From Mobula hypostoma (Eukaryota), in assembly GCF_963921235.1 (NCBI RefSeq), contig NC_086107.1, forward strand, positions 113,648,001 to 113,712,000: a DNA stretch of 64,000 nt, written 5' to 3'. The notes beneath the pieces were generated by a model. That model was not told the DNA's origin. It was given only the letters and a program-made list of their open reading frames with translations, and ran no database searches. A program made the translations under genes and the position numbers. Position 1 is the stretch's first letter. Every line of letters begins with the position of its first letter. Shown here one piece after another: positions 11,387 to 22,999 of this stretch.

Positions 11387-13049
11387 GTAAGATCATTCTT
11401 GATGCTTCGAGACTCAAAAGACCCTGTCATCAAGAACACCCAGCTGGATGTGAGATCAGGCAGGAAGTGGTCAGCCCGTGTAGCAGTTGATGAATCAGAG
11501 TCTAGATTGAAGCACAAGGAGATGGTTGGGGCTACCCAGCTAGGCCGCCAGGGACTTGGATGGACAACCCACTCGTGGTGGTCATCTTCTACAGGTAAGG
11601 AGCGCCGTGAGCTTGTGACACAAGAAGTACGAGAGGTAGAAGAGGAGAAGAGGTTAGCTAAAACAGCTGGCCTGGCCAAACAAGGGGCTTGGACCTGGTG
11701 GGAAAGTGTTGAACAACAACATCTATCTTGGAATGTTCTGTGGCAGATGGAACTGCTCCACATTTCTTTTCTATGCAGAGCAGCACACGATCTGCTCCCA
11801 ACACCTGCCAACCTCAGCACCTGGTATGAAGATAAGACGGACAGATGTGCTGCTTGTGGCGAGGAGGGAACACTTCAACATAACTTGAGTGCATGCAGAG
11901 TCAATCTTTCTAGCGGCATGTACATTTGGAGATATAACAATGTTCTCAAAGTTGTAACGGAAGCGGCTGAGCAGAGAGTACTGCAGCACAACTTATCTCA
12001 TGCCCCATGCTGCACAGAACATCGTATATCATTTGTGAAAGAAGGCTCCAAGTCAAGGGTGTACAGAACAGGCTCACGATCAAGCATACTTTCTTCAGCA
12101 AATGATTGGTGTGTCAAGGCCGACCTGGACGGGAAAAGCAGTTTCCTGGAGCAAATAGTTTTCACCACATTGCGTCCAGATATAATCGTATGGTCTGACA
12201 CCAGTAGAGAAGTGGTTATTGGTGAACTCACAGTCCCCTGGGAAGACAACATCGATGAAACCCATGAGCGCAAGTTAACCAAGTATGCAGAGTTGAGATC
12301 AGAGTGCAGAGACAGAGGGTGGAAGGTCTCATGCTATCCATTCGAAGTAGGCTGCCGTGGGTTTATTGCGTCACTCTCCAGAAGTGGCTGCGTGACCTTG
12401 GCTTCACTAGAAGAGAGATCAAGTCAACCAGCAGGGCTGTAGCTGAGGCAGCAGAGACAGGATCAGCATGGGTGTGGACCAAGTATGTCCAGAGGGGCAG
12501 ATAGTCAGACAGTGTATACATGTCATGCAAACCCTTCAGTAGTTGCATAGACACCTGAAGAACAGACTATCTGTTGGAGGGAAGTGACCAACAACTCTGA
12601 TAGAGGCAGATGCCAAGTTTTTAAGCTCACCAGTGGGAGGTGGTGCTTTAGCACTGCTGGCCCACCACCTTGAGGGAGTCTTGATCATAAGCGGCCGACT
12701 CTCCTGAAGACAGGTGACAGATCAACTGATGATCTCACTGGTGATAGCACAGGACAGTCAACATCTTAGTCCACATGTATTTTTTAACTCTAATAAACAC
12801 TGTGAATTGTAGTAATAAATAAATAAATAAATAAATTATATATATATATATAAATGTATATGCATACGTAAAATTAAAAAAGTAGTGAGGTAGTGTTCAT
12901 GGGTTCAATGTCCATTCAGACGAGGATGAAGCTGTTCCTGAATCGTTGAGTGTCACTGAGTGTGTTCTAACAGTTAGCTAAAGTTTTTAGGAGAATTTAG
13001 AGTTCTGAACATTCACACCCTTAGACCCCTCAAAGTTTCCTCGCGATAT

Positions 13050-13500
13050 GATGGGGTTGCTAAGAAGGCATATGCTATGTTTACCTTCCTCAGGTGGTTG
13101 ATTGGGTGCATGAGCCGTGAGGTAATGTTTCTGCTGTATAAAACCTGGTTCGACCGCAGTTGGAATATTGTGCTCAGTTCTGGTCACATCATTGTAGAAG
13201 GATTTACCAGCATGCTGCCTGGATTAGAGATCATGTCCCGTTCCTTCCTCCCATAGTACACATATACACAGTCTCCCAGCCGCAAGGCAGGCCACCTTCG
13301 GCTTCCAGTGGACTTGGACTCGCAGATATTAGGCTTTTTTCTTTGGAATAAAAGAAGTTGAAAAATGAATTGATAGAGGTGTACAAGATAATAAGAGGTA
13401 TTGATCGCATGGACAGCCAGAGACTTTTTCCCAGGGTGGAAACGGCTAATATGAGGGCATAATTTTAAGGTGATTGGAGGAAAGTACGGTGGTGGGGAGA
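13050..13500 (+). mobile_element. Old CR1 LINE ORF2 C-terminal fragment with an internal insertion
   Basis: Encodes LYK.LVRPQLEYCAQFWSHHCR...LIEVYKIIRGIDRMDSQRLFPR. Confidence 0.6.
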
Positions 13501-14899
13501 CTGATGCTTGTTGTGTATTTAATATTTCAGTTAGATTTGAGCAATATTGTAAATGTATTGCTTGATCAAGAGTACTTTGTTGTTTGCATAATGCGTTGTG
13601 AATTATATGTAGAAGTACATGAATGGCATACGTCATCATGTCACCACATCTTATGTTTGCACCTCACTTAAAAGTAGAGAATGAAACGAGAGTACACATT
13701 TATCCCAGTCTTCCCATGTTTTTCTCTCAATTAATTTCTGGAGTTACAAAATATAATAGTGGTGACAAGGTATTTTTAAAATGAACCTGAGATGAATACC
13801 TACCTGTTGAAGTGCAGTGAGACGTTTGAGTTTAAAAAATCAGTGCAGCACATGTCTCTTCATAAGGGAGAGAGAGAGAGAGAGAGAGAGGACAATTGAG
13901 CTAAAAGAAAGGCAGAAAATGGGTGAAATTCATAGGTTTATTATCAGTGATAATAATAATAAAGAAAAAAAAGAAGCAGAAATGGCTGGCTATATCAGAA
14001 AAATAGATGCACTCAATTGCACAAGACAACTGGATATTGTGTACTGAGCCAATTGAACAGTATTGTAAAGCAAATGGAATAACCAATGAGAATTAAGTGC
14101 CAGTTTTGTTGAGTGCTATAAGTAGAAGAGCATATAGTTTGCTTAGAAGCTTAATTGCTCCAATCAAACCAGCGAAATAAGTTTTGCTGATATTGTGAAA
14201 GTAATGCAGGAACATTTATAACAGAAACATTTATTGATTGCAGAATGCTTCGGGTTTGATAAGTGGAATCAAAAGGAAGGAGAGTCCTTTTGTCCTTTTA
14301 AATGTTATGTCGCTGAATTGAAGAGATTTTCTGAGCACTGTCAGTTCAGTGATGGGCTTTATTACGCACTGAAAGATCACTTAGTTTGTGGAATCTTACA
14401 AGAAAACATTCAAAAATAGCTCCTAAACTGAAGCACAATCACATTTAAAAGAGCAGTTGAAATTGCTGTATCAATGGAAACAGCAGATTGACACAATTGA
14501 GTTGCAGTCAGGAATGAAAGTGAGCATGAACAGAATTGCAATTTCTAAGACTGGGTACACATAAGCTGAATCAAGGCGGTAGGGCATTGGCCCAAGAACA
14601 TGTCGAACCAGCAGGGCACAGGTCTGAGGGCAGGGAATCATCTGAGGTTTGGATGCCTGGCCTTGTGTCTGTAGACTCACTTTCACAAACTTCAGTTCTG
14701 AATGCTATTTGTTGTATAAAGTATAATAACTTTGATAATAAGTATACTTTGAACTTTGAACTTTAAACAGAAACCAGCCTGGCTGAACAAATTGTGCTAC
14801 CATTGTGGTAGGGATTTACATACACCAGACCAATGCAGGTTTAAAGGTGAAATTTGTAGAAAATGCAACAAAGTAGGACACTTACAAAGAGCATGTTGG

Positions 14900-15129
14900 G
14901 CAACACACATCAAACTTGCTGGTGAACGCAGCAGGATAGGCAGTATCTCTAGGAAGAGGTACAGTCGACGTTTCCAGCCGAGACCTTTCGTCTCTTCTCT
15001 CTCGAAGGGTCTCGGCCCGAAACATCGACTGTACCTCTTCCTAGAGATGCTGCCTGGCCTGCTGCGTTCACCAGCAACTTCGATGTGTGTTGCTTGAATT
15101 TCCAGCATCTGCAGAATTCCTCATGTTTA
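14900..15129. mobile_element. Penelope-like pLTR pair in inverted (palindromic) arrangement
   Basis: 14900-14990 is the reverse complement of ~15003-15093. TSD CATGTTGGGCAA / CATGTCGGGCAA (14892-14903 / 15130-15141). Confidence 0.8.
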
Positions 15130-15144
15130 CATGTCGGGCAAACC

Positions 15145-15367
15145 TTTTCTCTGCCACAGGTAACAGTTGAGGCCAGTTCATTGGCTATATTTAAGAGGGA
15201 GTTAGATATGGCCCTTGTGGCTAAAGGGATCAGGGGGTATGGAGGGAAGGCAGGTACAGGATTCTGAGTTGGATGATCAGCCATGATCATACTGAACGGC
15301 GGTGCAGGCTCGAAGGGCCGAATGGCCTACTCCTGCATCTATTTTCTATGTTTCTATGTTTCTATGT
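15145..15367 (+). mobile_element. CR1 LINE 3' end
   Basis: Encodes SLPQVTVEASSLAIFKRELDMAL, followed by the CR1 3'UTR GGGCCGAATGGCCTACTCCTGC and a (TTTCTATG)n tail. Near-identical to 34684-34968. Confidence 0.8.
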
Positions 15368-16299
15368 AAACAAAAACAAATGGATTGCACAGGGAAGAGA
15401 AAAGGATGAAAAGTCAAGTGGCAGTTTCAAAAAGAGCACTAACCTGTGTGCCGTTGAAATATCTGAGAGCGATACAGGACTGCGTAGCCTTGAGATTTAA
15501 AATTTGAAAACTAACAATAGACAAGCAATATGAATTACTCCAGCAGTAAACAGGAAATTAGTTAAAATGGAATTGGACACTAAGGCAGCTATCTCAGACA
15601 TTCCACAAAATGAGTTTGAATGATATTTCAAAGGTATTAAATCAAAGCCTGTGGATATCAATTAAGAACTCATAGTGGAGAAAAAATAACTCCTGTGGGA
15701 ATGAGCCTTGTAAGAGTGAAATGCAACAACCAAGAAGCCACATTGGGCTTGCACATGTGATAAAAAGAGGAAGGGCAGCATTGTGGGGTTATGAGTGGCA
15801 GAGACAATACAATCTGATTAGAGGTTCATCCACCATTTGCATTCCAACATCCCCTGTAAAAAAAAATCAACGGAAAGTGAGTTAAGAAAGATACTGGATG
15901 ATGCCACAGCAGTGTTCAAGGACTGCATTGGAAAACTCAAACATATCAAGGGTAAATCAGCGTTAAATGAAAATGCCACACCCAAGTTTTACAAAGCCCA
16001 CTCGGTTCCTTACACCACCTGTAACTTCCCATTGAAATTGGAGGCAATTCGGTGTGGCGGAGCCGAGGCAAAATCTATGACAAAATCTCAAAACATTGTT
16101 AAAAAGGGGGTGGGGGGGGCTAAGCAGGTGCTACATCTTGCCCGAGGGTGACCTCCAGGCTAGAGGAGGGAAGGAGCACCTTACACCTCCTTTGGTGGAG
16201 ACGTACCTCCACCCTGCCACCCAATATATACAGTGTACTATATGGTACAGCTACCATATAGACATCACAGCATCGTAAATTTTAAATTGTCCTGTTCAG

Positions 16300-17330
16300 G
16301 CCTAAAGATGAAAATCCACATATAAAGGAAGTCTGAGAAATTGTGGAAAAACAAAAAGAAACAAGTAATAATATAAACAAATAAATGATACTGTGAGCAT
16401 GAGATAAAGACTCCTTGAAAGTGTGTCCATCGGTTGTGGAATCAGTTCAGATTTGAGGTTACTCACGCCGGTTCGGGAGCCTGAAGAGAGCACGGCCTGG
16501 GTCACGGGGGTCCTCAACGGTAGATGCTGCTTTCCTGTGGCCGTGCTCCGTGGGGAGACATGCTCAGTGCTGGAGCGAACTTTGTCTCTGCTGGACTGGG
16601 CCACCCACGCTTCTTTTTGTTGGCTCCTCTGTTCTTGGCCGTTGGTGTTTTCATACCAGGCCATGATGCAAACAGTCAGGATACTGTCCACTGTGCATCT
16701 ATAGAAGTTGTCAGATTTTTAGATGATGTGCCAAATCTGTGCAAACTTCCAAGAAACTAGAAGCACTGTAGTTCTTTCTTTGAAATGACAGTTATATTTT
16801 GGTCCCAGGATAGATCCCCTGGTATGACAATGCCCAAGAATTTAAAGTTACTGACCCTCTCCACTCCCCATCCCCTAAGATGCCCAGTTTCGTCCACGTG
16901 TAGTTAATTAGCTCTTTGGCTTTGCCGATGTTGAGTGAGAGGCTGTTGTTGAGGATCCACTCAACCAATCTCCCACCTACAGTACACGGCGATTTGTCAC
17001 CGCCTTTGATTCAGCCAACAACAGTGGTGTCGTCAGTGAGCTCAAATATGGCATTAGAGCTGTGCTTAGCCTCACAGCCACAAGGGTGAAGTGAGTAGAG
17101 CAGGGGGCTAAGCACACAGCCCTGTGGTGCGACCGTGCTGATGGAGGTTGTGGAGGAGATGTTGTGGCCAATCCGAACTGACTGGGGTCTGCAAGTGAGC
17201 AAATCCAGGATCCAGTTACACAAGGAGGTATCAAGGTCTAGATCTTAGAACTTCTTGATTAGTTTTGAGGGGATGATAGTGTTAAATGCTGAGCTGTAGT
17301 CAATGAAGAGCATACTGATGCATGCATCTT
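16300..17330 (-). mobile_element. Decayed Rex1/Babar-like LINE
   Basis: ORFs 17011-17223(-) [18 protein letters not shown]...[25 protein letters not shown] and 16302-16691(-) SILTVCIMAWY. Confidence 0.7.
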
Positions 17331-17799
17331 AGAGCAACATTGTAAAATGCATACGTCATTCACCTTACTCTGTTGGGTGGCAGCAACACTGACGAATACG
17401 GGCATATCCCAACAATTCCTTGCCCAACAGAGGTAAGCAACTTTGGCAGGGATTAAGATGCAACCATAAAGGTATTTGAGAACCAGTTTATTTTTCCCAC
17501 TGTATTCATGTGCAGCTAGACAAATACAGAAGGAAGGCTGCAGATTCTGGAAGTAAGGAGCAACATGCACAAATTGCCAGGGGAACTCAAGGTTCAAGAT
17601 TCAGATTTATTTGTCACATGTCCAGTGACATATACAGTGAAAAGAGGCATTCATGCACAACTAGCATAGCCGAGGATGCACTGGGGCCAGCGTGCAAGTG
17701 TCACCACACATTCTGGTGCCAACATAACATGCCCACAGTGGTCAGCAGAACAACATGGTGCACAATAAAAGCAACCGAACCACGGGGAATCGAGCTCTG

Positions 17800-18495
17800 A
17801 AAGAAGATGGCACCAATGATCGACACAACCAAGAGTGACATCCTCCAGAAGGTTCACAAAATTACTTCTTTCATTTCTTTTATGTCTTCTTTTTCTTTCA
17901 AATGTGGTTCTGCTGCTGTTGGGGTCTGTGGTCTACATTTTGGTGGTACGTTTTTGTGTCGATTGATCGATCTGGTGCTTTCCTGTCTCTGAGGGCGTTC
18001 GGTGAGGATTCAAGCGAAGCGCGTGGCCTCGAGTCCAAGGAGCATGGACAGAAGACATGATCGACTCCATTTCTCTCTGTTTAAAGTGTCGAGTAAGATT
18101 GAAATCATCGAGGCGACAGTGGAAGGCAAGCAGGTGGTCAACGCCATCTGCGAGCCTCTGCCGCCGGAGGAAGGTGTCTGCGTGTGGTGGTCTCTCACTC
18201 CCTCCCTCTTGCTCACTGTCACCAGAGGAAGGTCCCTGTGTTCTATGGTTTCTCTTTCTCTCTCTCTTTTGTGGTTTGGTCTTTTAAATTCTGTGTTTCT
18301 CGCTCATTTTTTCCCTTGATGTTGCATAATTTGTTTTTTTGCGAGTGGGGAAAGAGTGGGTGGGGTGATATTTTTCTTTGAACAGGTTCCATGGTTTCTC
18401 TTTGTATTATAGCTGCCTGTGGGAAGATGAATCCCAGGGTCGTATACTGCATACGTACTTTGATAATAAATATACTTCGAATCTTTGAACTTTGA
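17800..18495 (+). mobile_element. Non-coding retroposon with AAGATGG head and TTTGAAC-type tail
   Basis: Starts AAGAAGATGGCACC and ends GATAATAAA...TCTTTGAACTTTG, like the Rex1-like 3'UTRs. The internal part is similar to ~51010-51130. Confidence 0.45.
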
Positions 18496-19834
18496 CCTGC
18501 AGATTTGTTCTAGTAGTTCATTTTCTAGCTCCACATCCCAGAATCTACAGTTTCTTGTGTCTCCATGAGGAGGAGCACCTTCTGTCAGAAAATAATCTAC
18601 CCTGAGAGAACTGTGGAGATGGAATTGTTGAAGAGCAGAGATCGATAGACATTTTAATTATGCGGGATGAAAACTGATCATATCCCTGCAAGAAATCCAG
18701 ACACTCTGAATCTACTAACTGCCAGGGTTTACAATGGTGTCAAAGGGGTCTGCCTGGACAGCCGTGTCATGCACCATTCAGCTAGCACACAGCAAAAAAA
18801 CTACAACAAATTCAGAGTGGACCAAATTTTAAGCATGCTTGTTATTTTACTTGCAAAGGAAGTTCTATCTCAAGATGAGTCAAGGTCTGGAAATAGCTTC
18901 AATCTGATAGCTCAAAGCAAACCACTTTCATATGTACATTTTACAGAGGACAATAAATAAGTTGCACAACATTCCTCCATTATCTTATTCTGACATTTGA
19001 TCTTTGATTTATCTTTAGAAGCTATGTCCTGTTTCCCTCTGTTGTCGAAACATCCCCACAGCCATAAAACTCATCTCCTCTCAAAAAACACACACCAGTT
19101 CCTATAAGCCTCCATCCAAACCAGCAGGGATTTCTTAGGTTCCATTTTGTCACATTATATTTTACAAAAATTTCAAATTCATAAAAGACTTCAGGGTTAC
19201 AGATATATTTCCACAGAAGGAAAGAAGTGCTTAAACAACTGGATGGTGGAGCTGGTCTGATGTTCCAACAGGTCTTTGCTTTTTTTCTCTTGAATTCGAT
19301 GTTCTCTGGCTGACGTTGACTGTCCTAAAATGTGTGGGTGCATGGCCAGACAGTAACTGAAATGTTCCCATGCACGTAGCCTTTGTTGCCCTGCAGCTGG
19401 AATTTTATTTTATATAATGTTTTATTAAAGTGATGTGTAGTTTTCAGGCCATGTAACAATTTCCTGCTCAGAGTAATGGTAAGCCCAAGCAGCCGTAAAA
19501 AAAATAAAGGGAACATCATCCATATTGTTCTTTGTCAGGCCACAAAGTGTGACCATGTTAGGAATCCAAAATTAATTGTCTCAGTTTTCAGAGCCAATGA
19601 TAAGTTGCCTTGGATGAACTAATGTATAAAGAGCAAAGAGAACCAGTTGACCCAGAACATCTCAGAAACTTGAACTTGAATATGTATTCTATTCCAGAAC
19701 ATCTCTAATGGGAATTATAGATTCCTTGACTTCATCTGGAATTCAGTCAAAGAATTTGTTAATCCTGGAGGATATATCTGGAATTAAATGCAAGAACATT
19801 TTTAAATTTCAACGTTTTTTTTCAAGATTTTGGA

Positions 19835-20270
19835 AGAACAAGCTGTAGAGAGTTGTAAACTCAGCCAGCTCCATCATTGGTATTAGCTCCCATAGTATCC
19901 AGGACATCTTCAAGGAGCAATGCCATAAAAAGACAGCATCCATCAATAAGGACCCCTATCACCCAGGTCATGACCTGTTCTCATCGCTACCATCAGGGAG
20001 GAGGTACAGGAGTCTGAAGGCACACACTCAGCGATTCAGGAACAGCTTCTTCCCCTCTGACATCCGATTTCTGAATGGACATCAAACTCATGGACACAGC
20101 CTCGTTAATTTTAATCTTTTTGCACTACTTATTTAATATCACTGTTTTATATATATTATATATACTTACTGTACTGTAATTCCATTTTTTCTCTGTTAAT
20201 ATTTATTGCATTGTACTGCTGCTGCAAAGACAACAAATTTCACAGCACGTTAAACCTGATTCAGATTTTG
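19835..20270 (+). mobile_element. Rex1-like LINE 3' end (CCTGATTCTGA-tail subfamily)
   Basis: Encodes RVVNSASSIIG..LPSGRRYRSLKAHTQRFRNSFFPS. Sister copies at 27030-27590(-), 47270-47650(+), 52630-53355(-) and 58635-59110(-). Confidence 0.7.
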
Positions 20271-21332
20271 ATTCCTGAAGTTAGTTAAAGAATGAAGAAA
20301 TTGGGAAAGGTCAGTCAAAAGCGGGGCCGAATATTTTTTTAATTTAGAGCTACAGCACATTTGTGCCCTCCTGGCCCAACAAACCGTATCACCCAATTAC
20401 ACCCACGTGACCAATTAACCTACTAGCTAGTACATCTTTGGACTGTGGGAGGAAACATGAGCACCTGGAGGAAACCCAGGCAGTCATGTGGAGAACATAC
20501 AAACTTCTTAAAGACAATGGTGGCAACTGAACCTGGGTCACTGGAGCTGTAATAGCATTACACCAGCCACTGTGATACCAGGCTGAGTGATGAGAAATTA
20601 CCATAGCTGTCTGTGATACTGGTCTTACAATAATTATAAGGAAGATCTTGGAGACCATATCTAGAATATTATCTCAATATGTTGACATTAATATTCTTGA
20701 TATTTATTTCTCATAATTTCTTTTCTTTCAATTTGTATTTGCAGTTTGTTGCCATTTGCATTTAGTTGCTTGTCTATCCTGTTGGGCGCGGTCTCTCATT
20801 AATTCTATTGTGTTTCTTTTATTTACTGTGAATGCCTTCCAAGAAAATGAATTTCAGGGTTGTATATGATGGCATATATATATATACTTTAAAAATAAAT
20901 TTACTTTGTACTTTGAAGTTTCATCCTCCAAAGACAGCTGTGTTTGTCTTAGAGGGAGCTCTTGACTGTATGGGAAGGTTTGTAAAGCAGGACTGAGTAA
21001 AACCAGCTCTGTGTGTGTTAGAGTAGAAACAAGATGGCGGATGGAAGAAGCCACTGGGCCAGGCATCAACTGTGGAGAAAAGTGGACAGTGAATATTCAA
21101 AGATCAATGTAAATTTATTATCAAAGTATATACAGCATATGTCACCATATACGACCCTGAGATTCATTTTGTTGCAAGGCATTCACATTAAATACAAGAA
21201 GCACAATAGAATTAATGAAAGACCAGACCCAACAGGATGAGCAAACAACCAGTGTGGAAAAGACAACAAACTGCGCAAATAGAAAAAAAATGAAGAATAA
21301 AAGGAAAAATACATAAATAAATGACTGAACAT

Positions 21333-21591
21333 ATAGACAGATAGACAGACAGATAAACAGATAGATAGACAGATAAACACAGACAGATAGACAGATAGAT
21401 GGATAAATAGATAGACAGATAAACAAATAGACAGATAGATAGATAGATAGATAGACAGATAAACACAGACAGATGGATAGATAGATAGACAGCTAGATAG
21501 ACAGACAGATAGACAGATAAGCAGATAGATAGATAGATAGACAGATGGACAGATGGGGAGATAGAAGGATAGACAGACAGGCAGAAAGATA
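21333..21591. repeat. Compound (GATA)n/(GACA)n microsatellite inside a LINE 3'UTR
   Basis: Seen directly in the sequence. It also explains the low-complexity ORF 21212-21796(-). Confidence 0.95.
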
Positions 21592-22402
21592 AGTAATAAA
21601 TATTGAGAACATGTGATGAAAAGTCCTTGAAAGTGAGTCTATAGGTTATGGGAAGAATTCCATGATGTTTTAGGTTGTGTCCAGATGAAGAAAGAAAGAT
21701 TGATAATTCCATTTTTTTTCTTGTAACCTTTGTGACACCCAGTTTAACTCTTGGCTGTGGCATGGGCAAGTGTTGTGTGGCTGGTGTGTTTACCAATTCG
21801 CAGTGCTGTTTTCATGGGTAAACGACAGATTCATTGTGAGCTATTTAAAATTTTCACAACTCTGTTTCCCCTGTACTGAGGCATATACCCCACCCACCCT
21901 GTTGGTTGGGCTTGAATATGAATACTGCATCCTAACAGTCTGCGTCTGACACACGAGCCAGTACACGAGCAGGCCAGTGCCACGTGGAGAGCACGCTGCA
22001 GCAGGTACCCCTTCTCCACACAGCAGCGCCGCAGGACCTGCCAGTCAACGTTGACCTCAACGTATGACTGTCTTAGGGCAGTTATTGATTTTCCCTTGGG
22101 ATTTGCTTCAGGGCCTTCCCCATGAGTGGGTATAGCCGCAAGGCAGTGCAGGTTTGAGATCAGAGTTTATCTCCTTGATGAGCTGCCAACCACGGCTGAC
22201 GAACCCTATCTGCCCAAATTCCCATGTAGGTGTGTGTGATAAAGCAATCAGGCCTGTTTGCCATACAGGTGCAAGAACCATTTCCCTGTGGAGCCAAGGT
22301 TCTTGACAAGGGACCCAAAATACTGGATAGTATAACTTTCCCTCAAGTTATTGCGGTTACTGATCATTTTTACCACTGTCTTCAGCGGTTACAATTTGTA
22401 TT

Positions 22403-22935
22403 TACACTCAGCGGCCACTTTATTAGATACCTCCTTTACCTGTTCGTGGTCTCCAGCCCGTCCACTTCGAGATTAACGTGTTGTGCATTCAGAGATGCTC
22501 TTCTGCACACCACTGTTGTAACGTGTGATTACTTGAGTTACTGTCGCCTTCCTGTCAGCTTGAATCAGTCTGGCCATTCTCCTCTGACGTCTCTCATTAA
22601 CAAGGCGTTTTCACCCACAGAACTTACGCTCACTGTATGCTTTTTTTTTTGTTTTCTGGACCATTTTCCACAAACTCTAGAGATTGCTGTGAGTGAAAAT
22701 AGTAGGAGATCAGCAATTTCTGAGATACTCAAACCACCCCTTCAGGCGACAACAATTCTTCCACAGCCAAACATACTAATATCACATTTCTTCCCCATTC
22801 CGATGTTTGGTCTGATTCCCAAATGAACTTTTTGACCATGTCCACATGCTTTTATGCATTGAGTTGCTGCACCTGATTGGCTGATTAGATATTTGCCTTA
22901 AAGCGCAAGTGTACAGGAAGTCCATAATACAGAGG
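22403..22935 (-). mobile_element. Tc1-derived non-autonomous DNA transposon
   Basis: TIR-like TACACTCAGCGGCCACTTTATTAG. The minus strand carries a Tc1 N-terminal HTH remnant. Homologous to 37340-37875 and 46215-46675. Confidence 0.7.
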
Positions 22936-22999
22936 TTGCTGAATGTGTTTTCCTCATAAAATGGACAATTTCACATTTTCCCTCATTATACTCCACTTA

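Larger units (their letters stand above)
8280..12790 (+). mobile_element. Hero/NeSL-type non-LTR retrotransposon (N-terminal Zn finger, RT, CCHC, restriction-like endonuclease), near full length, disrupted
   Basis: ~8529: CWCGRAFSSIKGL*VHQAKLRC (Zn finger). ORF 9886-10503: SVPGPNGVPY, FRPILLLNVEGKI, WLDLANACGSVPH. ORF 10500-11258: GIPMGCAISPILF, AFMDDLT. ORF 11399-12442: CAACGEEGTLQHNLSAC, RPDIIVW..GELTVPWE..ERKLTKYAEL..FEVGCRGF (PD-(D/E)xK-type RLE). Carries stops, frameshifts and two nested inserts. Confidence 0.85.
13509..16020 (+). mobile_element. Decayed Ty3/Gypsy LTR retrotransposon (5' LTR, PBS, gag, protease), 3'-truncated, with three nested inserts
   Basis: LTR-like TGTTGTG... 13509-13758, then PBS-like TGGTGACAAGG (13760-13770). 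Gag reads MAGYIRKIDA...YVAELKRFSEHCQFSDGL..ALKDHLVCGI. Two CCHC knuckles (CYHCGRDLHTPDQC, CRKCNKVGHLQRAC). Aspartic protease motif MELDTKAAIS at ~15567. Confidence 0.8.

Noticed and set aside
19020..19325. ~100 stop-free codons on the minus strand after an AG in unique sequence
   Set aside because: No recognisable protein similarity or convincing donor site, and the length is compatible with chance.
21212..21796. 194-aa ORF rich in LSIY/LSVY
   Set aside because: It is a translation of the GATA/GACA microsatellite.
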